Shown here one piece after another: positions 1 through 10,427 of a DNA stretch of 64,000 nt. The position numbers and the translations under genes were made by a program. The DNA is from Anaeromyxobacter sp. (GTDB taxonomy: Bacteria; Myxococcota; Myxococcia; Myxococcales; Anaeromyxobacteraceae). Where the stretch lies: the NCBI GenBank assembly GCA_049840735.1, contig JASGJN010000013.1, forward strand, positions 32,001 to 96,000, given 5' to 3'. Position 1 is the stretch's first letter; each line of letters begins with the position of its first letter. Under the pieces are notes generated by a model. That model was not told the DNA's origin. It searched no databases and worked only from the letters and a program-made list of their open reading frames with translations.

Positions 1-1209
1 CGCGGCCGCGAGACGGTGGGCGACCTGGACGTGGTGGCCGCCTCGACCGACCCCGCCGCGGTGGCGGAGCGGCTCTGCAGCTGGCCGCAGGTGGCGGAGG
101 TGCTGGCCCGCGGCGACACCAAGACCACGGTGCGGCTGGCGGGCGGGCTGCAGGTGGACCTGCGGGTGGTCCCGCCGGAGGACTTCGCCACCCTGCTCCA
201 CCACCTGACCGGCTCGAAGGCGCACCACGTCCGGCTGCGGGGGCTGGCCCGCGAGCGCGGGTTCACCCTGAGCGAGTGGGGGCTGCACCGGCTGCCGCCC
301 CGCGCGCCGGACGCGCCGCCGCCGGAGGCCGCCGCGGCCCGGCTCGACCCGGAGGCCAAGGTGCCCATCGCCAGCGAGGCGGCGCTCTACGCGGCGCTGG
401 GGCTGCAGGAGGTGCCGCCGGAGCTGCGCGAGGACGCGGGCGAGGTCGAGGCCGCGCTGGCCGGGGCCCTGCCCGCCGACCTGGTGGCCGAGGCCGACGT
501 GCGCGGCCTGGTCCACGCCCACACCACCTGGTCCGACGGCAAGGCCAGCGTGGAGGAGATGGCCCGGGCCGCCGAGGCGCTGGGCATGGCCTACCTCACC
601 ATCACCGATCACTCCGGCGCGGCCTTCTACGCCGGCGGGCTGGACCTGGACCGGCTGCGCCGGCAGTGGGACGAGATCGACGCGGTGCAGGAGCGCGTGA
701 AGGTCCGGCTGCTGAAGGGGACCGAGGCGGACATCCTGGAGGACGGGCGGCTGGACTGGCCGGACGAGGTCCTGGAGCGGCTGGACGTGGTGGTGGCCTC
801 GATCCACTCGCGCATGAAGATGGACGAGGACCAGATGACCCGGCGGCTGGTCGCGGCCATGTCGCTCCCCTGCTTCAAGATCTGGGGGCACGGCCTGGGC
901 CGGCTGCTGGGCGAGCGCGAGCCCTACGCCTGCCGCGTGGAGGAGGTGCTGGACGCGCTGGCGAAGGCGGGCGGCGCGGTGGAGGTGAACGGCGACCCCC
1001 GGCGGCTGGACCTGGAGCCGCGCTGGGTGCGCGCCGCCCGGGCGCGCGGCGTCCCGCTGGTGCTCTCGGTGGACGCGCACTCCACCGCGGCGCTCCGCTA
1101 CCTGCGCTACGCCGTCCTGACCGCCCGCCGGGGCTGGGCCCGGCGCGGCGAGGTGCTCAACACCCGGCCCGCCGAGTCCTTCGCGGCGGCGGTCCGGCCG
1201 GCGCGCTGA
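1..1209 (+). CDS. polX: DNA polymerase X with PHP domain (5' end outside window)
   Basis: Open frame from base 1 (RGRETVGDLD). PolX motifs GDLD, DLRVV and TGSKAH, then PHP motifs HAHT, TDHS and DAH. Confidence 0.93.
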   Translation, partial: RGRETVGDLDVVAASTDPAAVAERLCSWPQVAEVLARGDTKTTVRLAGGLQVDLRVVPPEDFATLLHHLTGSKAHHVRLRGLARERGFTLSEWGLHRLPPRAPDAPPPEAAAARLDPEAKVPIASEAALYAALGLQEVPPELREDAGEVEAALAGALPADLVAEADVRGLVHAHTTWSDGKASVEEMARAAEALGMAYLTITDHSGAAFYAGGLDLDRLRRQWDEIDAVQERVKVRLLKGTEADILEDGRLDWPDEVLERLDVVVASIHSRMKMDEDQMTRRLVAAMSLPCFKIWGHGLGRLLGEREPYACRVEEVLDALAKAGGAVEVNGDPRRLDLEPRWVRAARARGVPLVLSVDAHSTAALRYLRYAVLTARRGWARRGEVLNTRPAESFAAAVRPAR

Positions 1210-1223
1210 CCCCACCCCCCGGC

Positions 1224-1252
1224 TTGCCCTCCAGCCGGCCCCCCCCTACCCT
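1224..1252 (+). promoter_or_regulatory. Putative sigma70 promoter for the ampG-like gene
   Basis: TTGCCC (1224-1229), 17 nt spacer, TACCCT (1247-1252), 10 nt before GTG at 1263. Confidence 0.45.
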
Positions 1253-1262
1253 GTCCAGCCGC

Positions 1263-2855
1263 GTGTCCAAGACCAGCTCCGCCAGCCCGCCGCCCGCGCC
1301 CGCCCCCGGCATGGGCGCCAGCTTCCGCATCGCCTTCACCTCCTGGCGGACGGGGGCCGTGACGCTGCTCGCCTTCCCCTCGGGGCTGCCGCTGGGCGTG
1401 GTGCTCATCACCATCCCGTACTGGCTGCAGCAGGAGGGGATCGACATCAAGACCATCGGGCTCGTCTCGGCCGCGCAGATCCCCTACGCGTTCAAGTTCC
1501 TCTGGTCGCCCCTCATCGACCGGTTCGCGCCGCGCTGGGGCCGCAAGCGCGCCTGGATCATCCTGGGCCAGCTGCTGGTCTCGGCCACCCTGGCCGCCTT
1601 CGCGGCGATGTCGGGGAGCCCGTCGGTGGCGGTGGTGGCGCTGCTCACCGTCTTCCTGTCGTTCGCGTCGGCCACCCAGGACATCGCCTACGACGCCTAC
1701 ACGGTCGAGGTCCTCCGCCCCACCGAGCGGAACCTGGCGGTCGGGGCCAAGACCGCGCTGGCGCGCGCCGCCGCGTTCATGGGGCGCATCCTCAACACCG
1801 TCGGGCCGGCCTTCGGCTGGGCCCGCGCCTTCGCCGTGCTCGCGGTCTCGTTCCTCCCGTTCATGGCCGTGACCGCCCGGGCGCCGGAGCCGGACGCGCC
1901 GCCGGCGCCGCCGCGCACGCTCCGCGAGGCGGTCTGGGATCCCTTCGTCGGCTTCTTCCGGCAGGCGCGCGCGCTCGAGATCGCCGCGTTCCTGTTCTTC
2001 TACAAGTTCGCCGACAACCTCGCGGTCTCCCTCATCTCGCCGTTCCTGGGGCAGCTGGGCTACTCGCCGGTGGACGTCGGGCTGGCGCAGGGGCTCATCA
2101 GCCTGGTCGCCGGCATCGCCGGCACCTTCGTGGGCGGCATGCTCTGCAACGTGATGGGCACCGGCCGCGCGCTCTGGATCTTCGGCTTCCTGCAGGCCGC
2201 CTCCAACCTCGGCTACGTGGTGGTCGCGAAGGCCGGCGTGGTGCCGTGGGTCATGTACGCCGCCACCGCCGTCGAGGCCGGCACCAGCGGGCTCGGGACC
2301 GGCGCGTTCGGCATCCTCCTCGTCCGCCTGACCCAGCGGCGGTTCAGCGCCACCCAGTACGCGCTCTTCTCCAGCATCTTCGCCCTGGGGCGCACCTTCG
2401 CCGGCCCGCCGGCCGGAGCGGTGGTGGACGCCGTGGGCTGGACCACGTTCTTCTACTTCACGGTGCCCATGGCCATCCCCGGCCTGCTGCTGCTGAACCG
2501 CTTCGTGCCGTGGGGCGCCCGCGAGATCCCGGAGGCGCTGGACGAGGACGCCGCGCCGCCCACCCACGGGACGCCGGTCGGCCTGCGCGGGCTGGTGGCG
2601 CGCGCCTGCGTGGGCGCCGCGACCGGGACCCTGGTGGCCTACGCGCTGAACGTCCTGCTGCTGGCGCTCAAGCGGGCGCGCGGGGAGGCGCCGTTCGACG
2701 TCCTGGCCGCCGCCTCCGCCCTCCTCCACCCCACCCGCGCCGTGGACTGGGTGGACCTCGTGGGCCCGCCCGTCGCAGGCGTGGTGATCGGGCTGGCGGT
2801 GGCCGCCTTCGTGGCGGCGCGCCGCGGGGTGGCCCCTGCCGCCCGGCCAACCTGA
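1263..2855 (+). CDS. ampG: AmpG-like MFS muropeptide transporter with C-terminal membrane extension
   Basis: SGLP, KFLWSPLIDR, SATQDIAYDAY and FSATQYALFSS motifs. Start is GTG 1263 or ATG 1311; the upstream part of the ORF-track entry is spurious. Confidence 0.88.
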   Translation: MSKTSSASPPPAPAPGMGASFRIAFTSWRTGAVTLLAFPSGLPLGVVLITIPYWLQQEGIDIKTIGLVSAAQIPYAFKFLWSPLIDRFAPRWGRKRAWIILGQLLVSATLAAFAAMSGSPSVAVVALLTVFLSFASATQDIAYDAYTVEVLRPTERNLAVGAKTALARAAAFMGRILNTVGPAFGWARAFAVLAVSFLPFMAVTARAPEPDAPPAPPRTLREAVWDPFVGFFRQARALEIAAFLFFYKFADNLAVSLISPFLGQLGYSPVDVGLAQGLISLVAGIAGTFVGGMLCNVMGTGRALWIFGFLQAASNLGYVVVAKAGVVPWVMYAATAVEAGTSGLGTGAFGILLVRLTQRRFSATQYALFSSIFALGRTFAGPPAGAVVDAVGWTTFFYFTVPMAIPGLLLLNRFVPWGAREIPEALDEDAAPPTHGTPVGLRGLVARACVGAATGTLVAYALNVLLLALKRARGEAPFDVLAAASALLHPTRAVDWVDLVGPPVAGVVIGLAVAAFVAARRGVAPAARPT

Positions 2856-2969
2856 CCGGGGCGAGAGCGCACACCCCGAGTGGCTCCGCGACGATCGAAA
2901 CGGTTCCCGTCCCTCGTTCCAGGGACTAGGATGCGCGCCACTCGGCATCATCCATCAAGGAGAAAGCAG

Positions 2970-3506
2970 ATGAAGATCCGTACCCTGGGCGGCCTCGTGG
3001 CCGCCGCCCTCCTCGCGCTCCCCGTCGCCGCCCACGCGCAGAGCGCCAACCGCCACGCCGCGCGCCCGTGGGGCGGCCTCGCCCTCGGCGTCGAGACCGG
3101 CGATCTGGACGGCTTCCAGCTCCGCGGCGACCTCGAGTACCCGGTCCAGCGGATGGCGCCCCAGCTCGTCTTCGCCTTCGTCGGCTCGCTCAACTGGTCC
3201 CATCTGTCCGAGCACAGCGTGGACCTCGACGAGCTGGGCTTCACCCCCACGGCCCGCTTCCTGTTCGAGGCCACCCCCACCATCGACCTCTACGGCGACC
3301 TGGGCCTGGGCCTCTACTACGCCAACCTGGACTGGGACACCGGCGACGACTCCGACGTCGGCCTGATGATGAAGCTGGGCGTGGGCGTGGGCTTCGAGGT
3401 CTCCCCGACGGTGCGGCTGGGCGGCGAGCTGGGCTTCCGCCCGCACTTCGGCGACTACGACGACACCACCACCTCGCTGCTCTTCACGGCGCTGTTCAGG
3501 CTGTAG
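2970..3506 (+). CDS. Outer-membrane beta-barrel protein
   Basis: AAGGAG RBS, signal peptide ending AHA, alternating beta-strand pattern, aromatic C-terminus (LFRL). Confidence 0.8.
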   Translation: MKIRTLGGLVAAALLALPVAAHAQSANRHAARPWGGLALGVETGDLDGFQLRGDLEYPVQRMAPQLVFAFVGSLNWSHLSEHSVDLDELGFTPTARFLFEATPTIDLYGDLGLGLYYANLDWDTGDDSDVGLMMKLGVGVGFEVSPTVRLGGELGFRPHFGDYDDTTTSLLFTALFRL

Positions 3507-3540
3507 CGCCCGGGCGCTCGCGCCCGTCGCGTGGAGCTCC

Positions 3541-3582
3541 AGACCCGCTCGCCCTCCCGCAGGGCGGGCGGGTCTCTCTTCT
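3541..3582 (+). terminator. Intrinsic terminator
   Basis: Stem AGACCCGCTCGCCCT / AGGGCGGGCGGGTCT followed by a pyrimidine tract, between convergent genes. Confidence 0.65.
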
Positions 3583-3590
3583 CAGCGCCG

Positions 3591-3616
3591 CCCTTCGCCA
3601 GGCTCAGGGCGGACGG
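3591..3616 (+). repeat. Short variant of REP-like element
   Basis: CCCTTCGCCAGGCTCAGGGCGGACGG shares both ends with the copies at 4673 and 58866. Confidence 0.55.
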
Positions 3617-5202
3617 ACCTCGGCTGCCCTGCCGGGTGAGCGGCGCGGCGGTCCCGCCAGCACCACCACCTCGACGGTGGCCAGCCGCTGCACCGGCGCC
3701 ACCGGCCAGAGGCCGAAGTCGCGCAGCCAGCGGTTCGCGTCGGCCTCCTTGCCGATCACCCGGCAGATGCGGAGCGCGTCGCGCCGGTCCTGCCAGGCGG
3801 GCATGGTGGGCGTGGCCCGGTGGGTGAGGCCGTAGACCGGCACGCCGCCGTGCTCCGCCGCCGTCCACGCCGAGTGCCAGACGGCGGGCCAGACGCTCCA
3901 GTAGTCCCCGGCCACCAGGTCGCAGCGCCCGGCGCGCAGGTCGGCCGTCCAGCGCCCCGCCACCGCGTCCAGGTCCGAGCGCACGCGCGGAAGGGAGGGC
4001 GGGCCGGCCGCCAGCAGCGCGGCCAGCGGGAGGGCGGCCAGCGCCGCCGGGAGCGCCAGCCTCCGCAGCCGCGGGGCCCGGGCCAGCGGCTCCGCCAAGA
4101 GCGACAGGGCCGCCAGGTGCACCAGCACCAGCGAGGGCGCGCTGTACCGCCAGTGGAAGCCATTCTCCGCCACCCAGGCCAGCGAGCCGGTCACCAGGAG
4201 ATACGCCGCGGCCGCGGCCAAGAGCGCCAGCGCGCGGAGCAGCGCCGGACCGCGCCCGCCCCGGCGGCCGCCCTCCGCGGGCGGGCCCCAGGGCAGCGCC
4301 AGGCCCAGCGCCGCGGCCCCCGCCAGCGTCCAGAGCCAGGGCAGCCCGGCCCCTTCCACGGTCCGCGCCAGCAGCCGCCCCCAGGCGGCCGGGAGCGCCG
4401 CCAGCGGCAGCGGGGTGACGTCGAGGCGCAGCGGGTGGCCGGAGAGCAGCGGGTAGAGCTGGATCAGCCCCTGCCCGGCCGCGAGCCCCAGCAGCAGCAG
4501 CCCACCGTCCACCGCCAGCCGCGCCCGCAGCGCCGGCCGCGGCGCCCCCTCCAGCGCGTCCACCGCGGCGCGCGCCACCGCCAGCGGCAGCAGCAGGAGG
4601 CCGGTGGCCGCGTTCACCCAGTGGGCGGCGAGGACCAGCAGGAGGCCGCAGACGAGCCGCAGGCGACGCCTGCCCTTCGACTCCGCGCCCGCTGTGCGGG
4701 CGCTACGCTCAGGGCGAACGGGGTCGAAGGGCCCGGCGCGAACGGATGGCGCCTCGGCGCAGGCCAGCCCCAGCAGCCCCAGCGCCAGCGACAGGCCGTA
4801 GGGTTGGTCGCCCAGGTACTCGAAGGCCCACGGCGCCGGGGCCAGCGCCAGGAGCAGGACCACCCCCAGGAGCCCGGCCGGCCGCCACTCGCGCCCGGCC
4901 AGCGCGTGGCGCGCCAGCAGCACCACGCTGCCGAGCCCGGCCAGCACCAGCAGGCCGCGCTGCAGGAGCAGGTTCCAGAGCGGATCGCGGACCGGGAGCG
5001 CCAGCAGCGGGACCAGCATCCCGTACCGCTCCTGGTCCCAGTAGAACGGCGTCCAGCGCTGCAGCGAGACCAGCACCGGCACGATGGCGTCGGCGTGCTC
5101 CTGCGCGTGGACGCGCCCCAGGTCCACCAGCGCCGCGGCGGCGGCGAGCGCCAGCAGGCAGGCGGCGGCGAAGGTCCGGGGGCGGTCGAGGGTGGACGGC
5201 AC
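3604..5202 (-). CDS. Polytopic membrane protein, possibly GT-C-like glycosyltransferase
   Basis: 532 aa with many TM segments, an early acidic loop (HAD...FYWDQERYG) and a soluble C-terminal domain. Function is inferred only. Confidence 0.65.
   Translation of the reverse strand: MPSTLDRPRTFAAACLLALAAAAALVDLGRVHAQEHADAIVPVLVSLQRWTPFYWDQERYGMLVPLLALPVRDPLWNLLLQRGLLVLAGLGSVVLLARHALAGREWRPAGLLGVVLLLALAPAPWAFEYLGDQPYGLSLALGLLGLACAEAPSVRAGPFDPVRPERSARTAGAESKGRRRLRLVCGLLLVLAAHWVNAATGLLLLPLAVARAAVDALEGAPRPALRARLAVDGGLLLLGLAAGQGLIQLYPLLSGHPLRLDVTPLPLAALPAAWGRLLARTVEGAGLPWLWTLAGAAALGLALPWGPPAEGGRRGGRGPALLRALALLAAAAAYLLVTGSLAWVAENGFHWRYSAPSLVLVHLAALSLLAEPLARAPRLRRLALPAALAALPLAALLAAGPPSLPRVRSDLDAVAGRWTADLRAGRCDLVAGDYWSVWPAVWHSAWTAAEHGGVPVYGLTHRATPTMPAWQDRRDALRICRVIGKEADANRWLRDFGLWPVAPVQRLATVEVVVLAGPPRRSPGRAAEVRPP
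4673..4731 (+). repeat. REP-like palindromic element inside a CDS
   Basis: CCCTTCGACTCCG-[hairpin]-CTACGCTCAGGGCGAACGG, closed by GTCGAAGGG. Same family as 58866-58974. Confidence 0.8.
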
Positions 5203-5241
5203 GGGGCGGGAGTGTAGCCCGCCCAGGCCCCTCCGCCGCGG

Positions 5242-5952
5242 CTACTTCCGCGGCTCCCGCGCGCGCGCCTCGGCGGCCAGGGTGCGGACCGAGAAGCCCG
5301 GGGTCTGGCTGGCCTCGTCGGTGGCGGTCGAGGGGAAGGGGCGGGCCCGGGCCCGCAGCGCCTCCAGCTGCTCCGGCGGGATGCCCGGGGCGTCGCGGCG
5401 GAGCCAGGGGTCGTACTGGTACGAGACCGACGGCCCGCGCAGCAGCCGCTGCTCGTCCCAGACCTGCGCGCTGCGCTCGTAGGACGGCGGCGCGTGCTCG
5501 CCGGTGTCCATGCGGATGGCGTCCTTCGGGCAGGCCTCGACGCAGAAGCCGCACACGATGCAGCGCAGCTCGTCGATGACGAACTTGACCGGGTACTTCT
5601 CGATGGGATCGCCCTCGACCTCGCCGGCCTCGATGTAGATGCACTGGGCCGGGCAGATGGTCGCGCACATGTAGCAGGCCACGCAGCGCGGGCGGCCGTC
5701 CTCGCGCGGCACCAGGCGGTGCAGGCCGCGGTAGCCGGGCGCGTAGGGCGCCTTCTCCTCCGGGTACTGGACGGTGACGTTGTCCGACCAGGCGCCGCCG
5801 CGCTTGCGGGCCAGGATGTCCGGGTTCTTGTCCCGCGCGAAGAAGAGGTTGCGCAGGAAGTGCTTCGTGATGGCGCCGATGCCCCGGAAGATCTCCGGGA
5901 AGTACATCGACTCGCGCAGGTCCGGCGGACGGTTCTCGAGCTGGTAGGGCAT
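5242..5952 (-). CDS. nuoI: NADH-quinone oxidoreductase subunit I (cluster 1)
   Basis: TVQYPEE and two CxxCxxCxxxCP ferredoxin motifs. Confidence 0.95.
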   Translation of the reverse strand: MPYQLENRPPDLRESMYFPEIFRGIGAITKHFLRNLFFARDKNPDILARKRGGAWSDNVTVQYPEEKAPYAPGYRGLHRLVPREDGRPRCVACYMCATICPAQCIYIEAGEVEGDPIEKYPVKFVIDELRCIVCGFCVEACPKDAIRMDTGEHAPPSYERSAQVWDEQRLLRGPSVSYQYDPWLRRDAPGIPPEQLEALRARARPFPSTATDEASQTPGFSVRTLAAEARAREPRK

Positions 5953-5955
5953 GGC

Positions 5956-7368
5956 TCAGTGTCCCGCGGCGGCGTGGGTGGTCGCGTCGGCTGCGGCCAG
6001 GGGCGAGGGGGAGCCGCTGCGGCCCACCGCGGCGGTCACCACCGCGATCGCCACCAGGGTGGCCACGCCCAGCCAGGCCAGCAGGTGCAGGGGCTGGACG
6101 CCCGTCTCCTGCTCGACCAGCAGCACGCCGGCCGTGACGAAGACGTTGGCCAGCGCCGCCGGCAGGAGCAGCTTCCAGCAGAGCTTCTGGATCTGGTCGT
6201 AGCGGAAGCGCGGCAGCAGCCAGCGGATGGTGAGCTGCAGCCACATCATGATCACCATCTTGACCAGGAAGGCCGCCGCGCAGACGGCGCCATACCAGGC
6301 CGGCTGCAGCTGCTCGCGCAGCCAGTCGCTGGAGACGAAGATGGGGTGCCAGCCCCCCAGGAAGACCGCCGTGACGATGGCGGAGAGGACGGTGATCTCC
6401 ACGAACTCGGCCAGGAACATCAGGCCGAACTTCATGCCCGAGTACTCGATGAAGTAGCCGACGATCTCGCTCTCGCCCTCCGGCAGGTCGAAGGGGGCGC
6501 GCTTGGTCTCGGCGAAGGCGCTCGCGAAGAAGATCAGGAAGCCCACCGGCTGGAGCAGGATGCCCAGCGCCGGCACCGGGCCGATCACCTGCGCGCCCTG
6601 GGCCACCACCATCTCGTCCAGGCGCAGCGTGCGGTAGGCCAGCATGCAGCCCACCAGCGAGAGGCCCAGCGAGACCTCGTAGCTGATCATCTGCGAGGAG
6701 GCGCGCACGCCGCCCAGCAGCGCCAGCTTGTTGTTCGAGGCCCAGCCGGCGAGCGAGGTGCCGTACACCTGCAGCGAGGCGATGGCGAAGACGTAGATGA
6801 GGCCGGCGTCGATGCGGGCCACCTGGAGCGGGACCTCCAGGGTGCCCGGGGCGCCGTCCACCAGCTCCTGCAGCGGGACCGGCGGGCCCACCGGGACGAT
6901 GGCAAAGAGCGCGAAGACCGGCGCGAAGGCCAGGATGGGCGCCAGCTCGTAGAGGAGGTGGGTGCGGCCGGTGGGCTCCACCCGCTCCTTGGTCAGCATC
7001 TTGAGCGCGTCGGCCACCAGGAACGGGATGCCGCCCAGCGGCAATCCGAGGACCTTGATCCGGTTGGCGCCGATCCGGTTCTGCATCATGGCCGACCACT
7101 TGCGCTCGGCCACGGTGAGCAGGGAGCCGGAGACCATCATGGCCACCAGCATCAGCGTGAGCAGGTTGCCGATGGCGGCGCCGTAGGAGAACCAGGCCTC
7201 GTCGATGGGCCGGGTCGCGACGTCCCAGCGCCAGACGCCCCACCAGTGCCCGAGGAAGTTGGTGGCGAGGCCGAGCCCCGCGGCCACGTAGTAGAAGAGC
7301 CAGGACACGCACACGAAGAGCGCGACCACCGCCGCGATGACCAGCACCATGCCCACGAAGCGTTTCAC
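5956..7368 (-). CDS. nuoH: NADH-quinone oxidoreductase subunit H (cluster 1)
   Basis: ERK..A.MQNRIG, ADALKMLTKE, APFDLPEGESE, PRFRYDQ. Confidence 0.95.
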   Translation of the reverse strand: MKRFVGMVLVIAAVVALFVCVSWLFYYVAAGLGLATNFLGHWWGVWRWDVATRPIDEAWFSYGAAIGNLLTLMLVAMMVSGSLLTVAERKWSAMMQNRIGANRIKVLGLPLGGIPFLVADALKMLTKERVEPTGRTHLLYELAPILAFAPVFALFAIVPVGPPVPLQELVDGAPGTLEVPLQVARIDAGLIYVFAIASLQVYGTSLAGWASNNKLALLGGVRASSQMISYEVSLGLSLVGCMLAYRTLRLDEMVVAQGAQVIGPVPALGILLQPVGFLIFFASAFAETKRAPFDLPEGESEIVGYFIEYSGMKFGLMFLAEFVEITVLSAIVTAVFLGGWHPIFVSSDWLREQLQPAWYGAVCAAAFLVKMVIMMWLQLTIRWLLPRFRYDQIQKLCWKLLLPAALANVFVTAGVLLVEQETGVQPLHLLAWLGVATLVAIAVVTAAVGRSGSPSPLAAADATTHAAAGH

Positions 7369-7383
7369 GTCGGTGCCCCTCTC

Positions 7384-9147
7384 CTAAGGCCGCCGCGCCA
7401 GGGCGCGCCGGTAGTCCTCGCTCGCCTCGGGCGGCAGCCGGTCGCGGTACCCGGCCAGGCGGCCATCCACCGTCCCGGCCGCCATGGGCTGCAGGCCGGC
7501 GCGCCGCTGCAGGCGCGGCAGGTCCCAGCTGAACTCGCCCAGCGCCCCGCCCAGCTTCGGCGCGAAGGCGCGGAACACGTCGCGCGCGGTGGCGTGGGCC
7601 AGCTCCAGCCCCAGCGCCTTGCCGATGCCCGCGGCGATGGCCCAGTGCGGGCGCGACTCGCCGCGCGGGTAGTAGGCCAGCTCGAACCGCTGCGCGCGCC
7701 CCTCGAAGTTGACGAAGGTGCCGTCGGTCTCCGAGTGCGGGGCGGCGGGCAGCAGCACCGTCGCGGCGCGCGCCAGCGGGCCCTCGTTGAAGGCCTGGAC
7801 CACCAGCGTCGGGACGCCCGCCAGCGCCTCGGCGGCGGCCCCGTCGGCGGGCAGCTCGGTCCCCACCGCCCAGAGCGCCTTCACCTGCCCGGCGCCGGCG
7901 GCGGCCACCAGGTCGGCCAGCGGCCGCAGCGTGAGCCCCGCCGCCTGCGCGGCCAGCTCCAGGCCGCGGCGGTTGGGGTTCTCGTCCGCCCGCTTGAGGA
8001 AGTCGTCCTCCCAGCCCTGCCCGCGCCCGCCCACGAAGGCCTCGCTGACGCCCAGCCCGTCCTTCGCGACGGCGCAGGCCACCAGCAGGTCCTCCAGCGA
8101 GGCGACCGGCGAGAGCAGCACCGCCAGCCCGCCGGCCCTGCGCGCGTCGGCCAGCACCTCGGCGGCGCGCCTGGCGGCCTCGGGGCCGGGGAGCGTCTTC
8201 TCCGAGGCGCCCTTCCCCTCGCGCGCCAGCAGCAGCCGGTCCTTGTTGAGGTATTTGTAGGAGAGCCGGCCGTCGTCGCACATCCACTCCTGGTTGACGG
8301 CCTCGTTCTCCCGCGGGCGGTAGCGGTAGGTGGTGTCGTTCAGGTAGTCGAGGAAGGTGTTGCAGCCCCGCGAGCAGCCGGTGCAGACCGAGCGCGCCGC
8401 GCTCATGAACCAGACCCGGCCGCGGAAGCGGAAGTCGGTGCTGGTGAGCGCGCCCACCGGGCAGATGTCGACGGTGTTGCCGGCGTACTTCGAGTCGAGC
8501 GGCTGGCCGGGGAAGGTGGTGATGAAGCTCTCGTTGCCGCGCTGGGCCACGCCCAGCTGCGGCTCCTCCGCCACCTCGCGCATGAACCTCACGCAGCGGG
8601 TGCAGAGGATGCAGCGCTCCTGGTCGAGCGTGACCAGCGGGCCCAGCGGCACGCGCTTGCCCTTCGCGACCTTGGGCACGTCCAGCCGCGAGGGCTGGCG
8701 GTCGTAGGCCATGTAGTAGTCCTGCAGCTTGCACTCACCGGCCTGGTCGCAGATGGCGCAGTCGACCGGGTGGTTGAGGAGCAGGAACTCCAGCGTGGCG
8801 CGCTGCTGGTCCTTCACGCGCGGCGTGTCGGTCTTGACGGTCACGCCCTCGGCGACCGGCATCTGGCAGGCCGGCATCAGCTTGCCCATGGGCGCGTTGG
8901 ACATCTCGACCAGGCACATCCGGCAGTTGGCCGCGATGCTGAGCCGCTTGTGGTAGCAGTAGTACGGGATCTCGACGCCGACCGACTTGGCGGCCTCGAT
9001 GACGGTGGTCCCCGGCTTCACGACCACCTCGCGCCCGTCCACCATCGCGGTCACGAACCCGGGGTTCCGGGGGGGCGGCGGCGGGGGCGGGCCGGCCGGC
9101 TTGGGCGGCGCGGGGGCGGGGGCTTCCGGCTTCTTCTCGTCTGCCAT
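7384..9147 (-). CDS. nuoG: NADH-quinone oxidoreductase subunit G (short form)
   Basis: CYHKRLSIAANCRMC, HPVDCAICDQAGEC, CILCTRC and CTGCSRGC Fe-S motifs. Confidence 0.93.
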   Translation of the reverse strand: MADEKKPEAPAPAPPKPAGPPPPPPPRNPGFVTAMVDGREVVVKPGTTVIEAAKSVGVEIPYYCYHKRLSIAANCRMCLVEMSNAPMGKLMPACQMPVAEGVTVKTDTPRVKDQQRATLEFLLLNHPVDCAICDQAGECKLQDYYMAYDRQPSRLDVPKVAKGKRVPLGPLVTLDQERCILCTRCVRFMREVAEEPQLGVAQRGNESFITTFPGQPLDSKYAGNTVDICPVGALTSTDFRFRGRVWFMSAARSVCTGCSRGCNTFLDYLNDTTYRYRPRENEAVNQEWMCDDGRLSYKYLNKDRLLLAREGKGASEKTLPGPEAARRAAEVLADARRAGGLAVLLSPVASLEDLLVACAVAKDGLGVSEAFVGGRGQGWEDDFLKRADENPNRRGLELAAQAAGLTLRPLADLVAAAGAGQVKALWAVGTELPADGAAAEALAGVPTLVVQAFNEGPLARAATVLLPAAPHSETDGTFVNFEGRAQRFELAYYPRGESRPHWAIAAGIGKALGLELAHATARDVFRAFAPKLGGALGEFSWDLPRLQRRAGLQPMAAGTVDGRLAGYRDRLPPEASEDYRRALARRP

Positions 9148-9168
9148 GGTCGGGGTCCCGGGGCGGCG

Positions 9169-10422
9169 CTACTGCTCGACCTCGCCGCCGATCATGTTGA
9201 TGCTGTCGAAGGTGGGCACCAGGTCGGAGAGGAGCGCGCCGACCGTCATGTGCGGGAGCGCGGCCAGCATGGGCCAGCCCGGCGCGCGGAGCCCCAGCTT
9301 GTAGGGCCGGCCGCCGCCGTCGGAGACCACGTAGAACCCCAGCTCGCCGTTGGCGGCCTCGGTGTAGCTGTAGGCCTCGCCGGCCGGGACCTGGATCCCC
9401 TCCATCACCAGCTTGAAGTGGGCCATCACGCCCTCGATGGTCCCGTAGACCAGCGGCTTGGGCGGCAGGGCGAAGCGGAAGTCCTGCACGATGATGTCGC
9501 CCGGGGGCAGCTGCGCCAGGCACTGGCGCAGATCCCGGTCGGACTGGCGCATCTCCTCGATGCGCATCAGGTAGCGATCGAAGTTGTCGCCGTTGGAGCC
9601 CACCGGCACGTCGAAGTCGAGCCGGTCGTAGACCAGGTAGGGGGAGGCCTTGCGCACGTCGTAGGCCTCGCCGGAGGCGCGCAGGCAGGGACCGGTGAAG
9701 CCCAGGTCCAGCGCGTCCTCGCGGCTCACCTTGCCGGTGTTGCGGCAGCGGTCGATGAAGATGCGGTTGCGGGTGAGCAGGCCGTCAATCTCGTCGCGCA
9801 GCGCCTGCACGCGGTCGAGCGTCTGCAGGGTCTTCTCGGCCCAGCCCTCCGGCAGGTCGCGGGCCACGCCGCCGACGCGCGCGTAGTTGGAGGTGAGCCG
9901 GGCGCCGCACAGCTCGGAGAGCCGGTCCCAGAGCAGGTCGCGGGCCTCGATGCCGTAGAGGAACACGGTCATCGCGCCCAGCTCGAGCCCCATGGCGCCC
10001 ACCACCGTGAGGTGGTCGCAGATGCGGTGGAGCTCGCTCGCGAGGACGCGCAGGTACTTGGCCCGCTCCGGGATGTCGAGCTTGCACAGCTTCTCGACCG
10101 CCAGCGCGAACCCCACGTTGTTCATGATGGCGCTGACGTAGTTGAGCCGGTCCGTGTACGGGAAGCACTGCGTCCACGTCACGTTCTCGCAGCTCTTCTC
10201 GAAGCCCCGGTGCAGGAACCCGATGTCGAGCTTCATGGAGCGGATGATCTCGCCGTCCAGCTCGACCACCGCCCGCGTCACCCCGTGCATGGCGGGGTGC
10301 GACGGGCCGAGGTTCACGACCATGTTCTTCGAGGGGAGCGGCGCGTCCAGCTCGCTCTCGCCCAGCGGGCGCCGCGGCGCCTGCTGCGCCTGGAGCCCGC
10401 CCTTGCCGTGTGGATCGCTCAT
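9169..10422 (-). CDS. nuoD: NADH-quinone oxidoreductase subunit D (cluster 1)
   Basis: [28 protein letters not shown] at 10422. Confidence 0.95.
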   Translation of the reverse strand: MSDPHGKGGLQAQQAPRRPLGESELDAPLPSKNMVVNLGPSHPAMHGVTRAVVELDGEIIRSMKLDIGFLHRGFEKSCENVTWTQCFPYTDRLNYVSAIMNNVGFALAVEKLCKLDIPERAKYLRVLASELHRICDHLTVVGAMGLELGAMTVFLYGIEARDLLWDRLSELCGARLTSNYARVGGVARDLPEGWAEKTLQTLDRVQALRDEIDGLLTRNRIFIDRCRNTGKVSREDALDLGFTGPCLRASGEAYDVRKASPYLVYDRLDFDVPVGSNGDNFDRYLMRIEEMRQSDRDLRQCLAQLPPGDIIVQDFRFALPPKPLVYGTIEGVMAHFKLVMEGIQVPAGEAYSYTEAANGELGFYVVSDGGGRPYKLGLRAPGWPMLAALPHMTVGALLSDLVPTFDSINMIGGEVEQ

Positions 10423-10427
10423 GGCGT

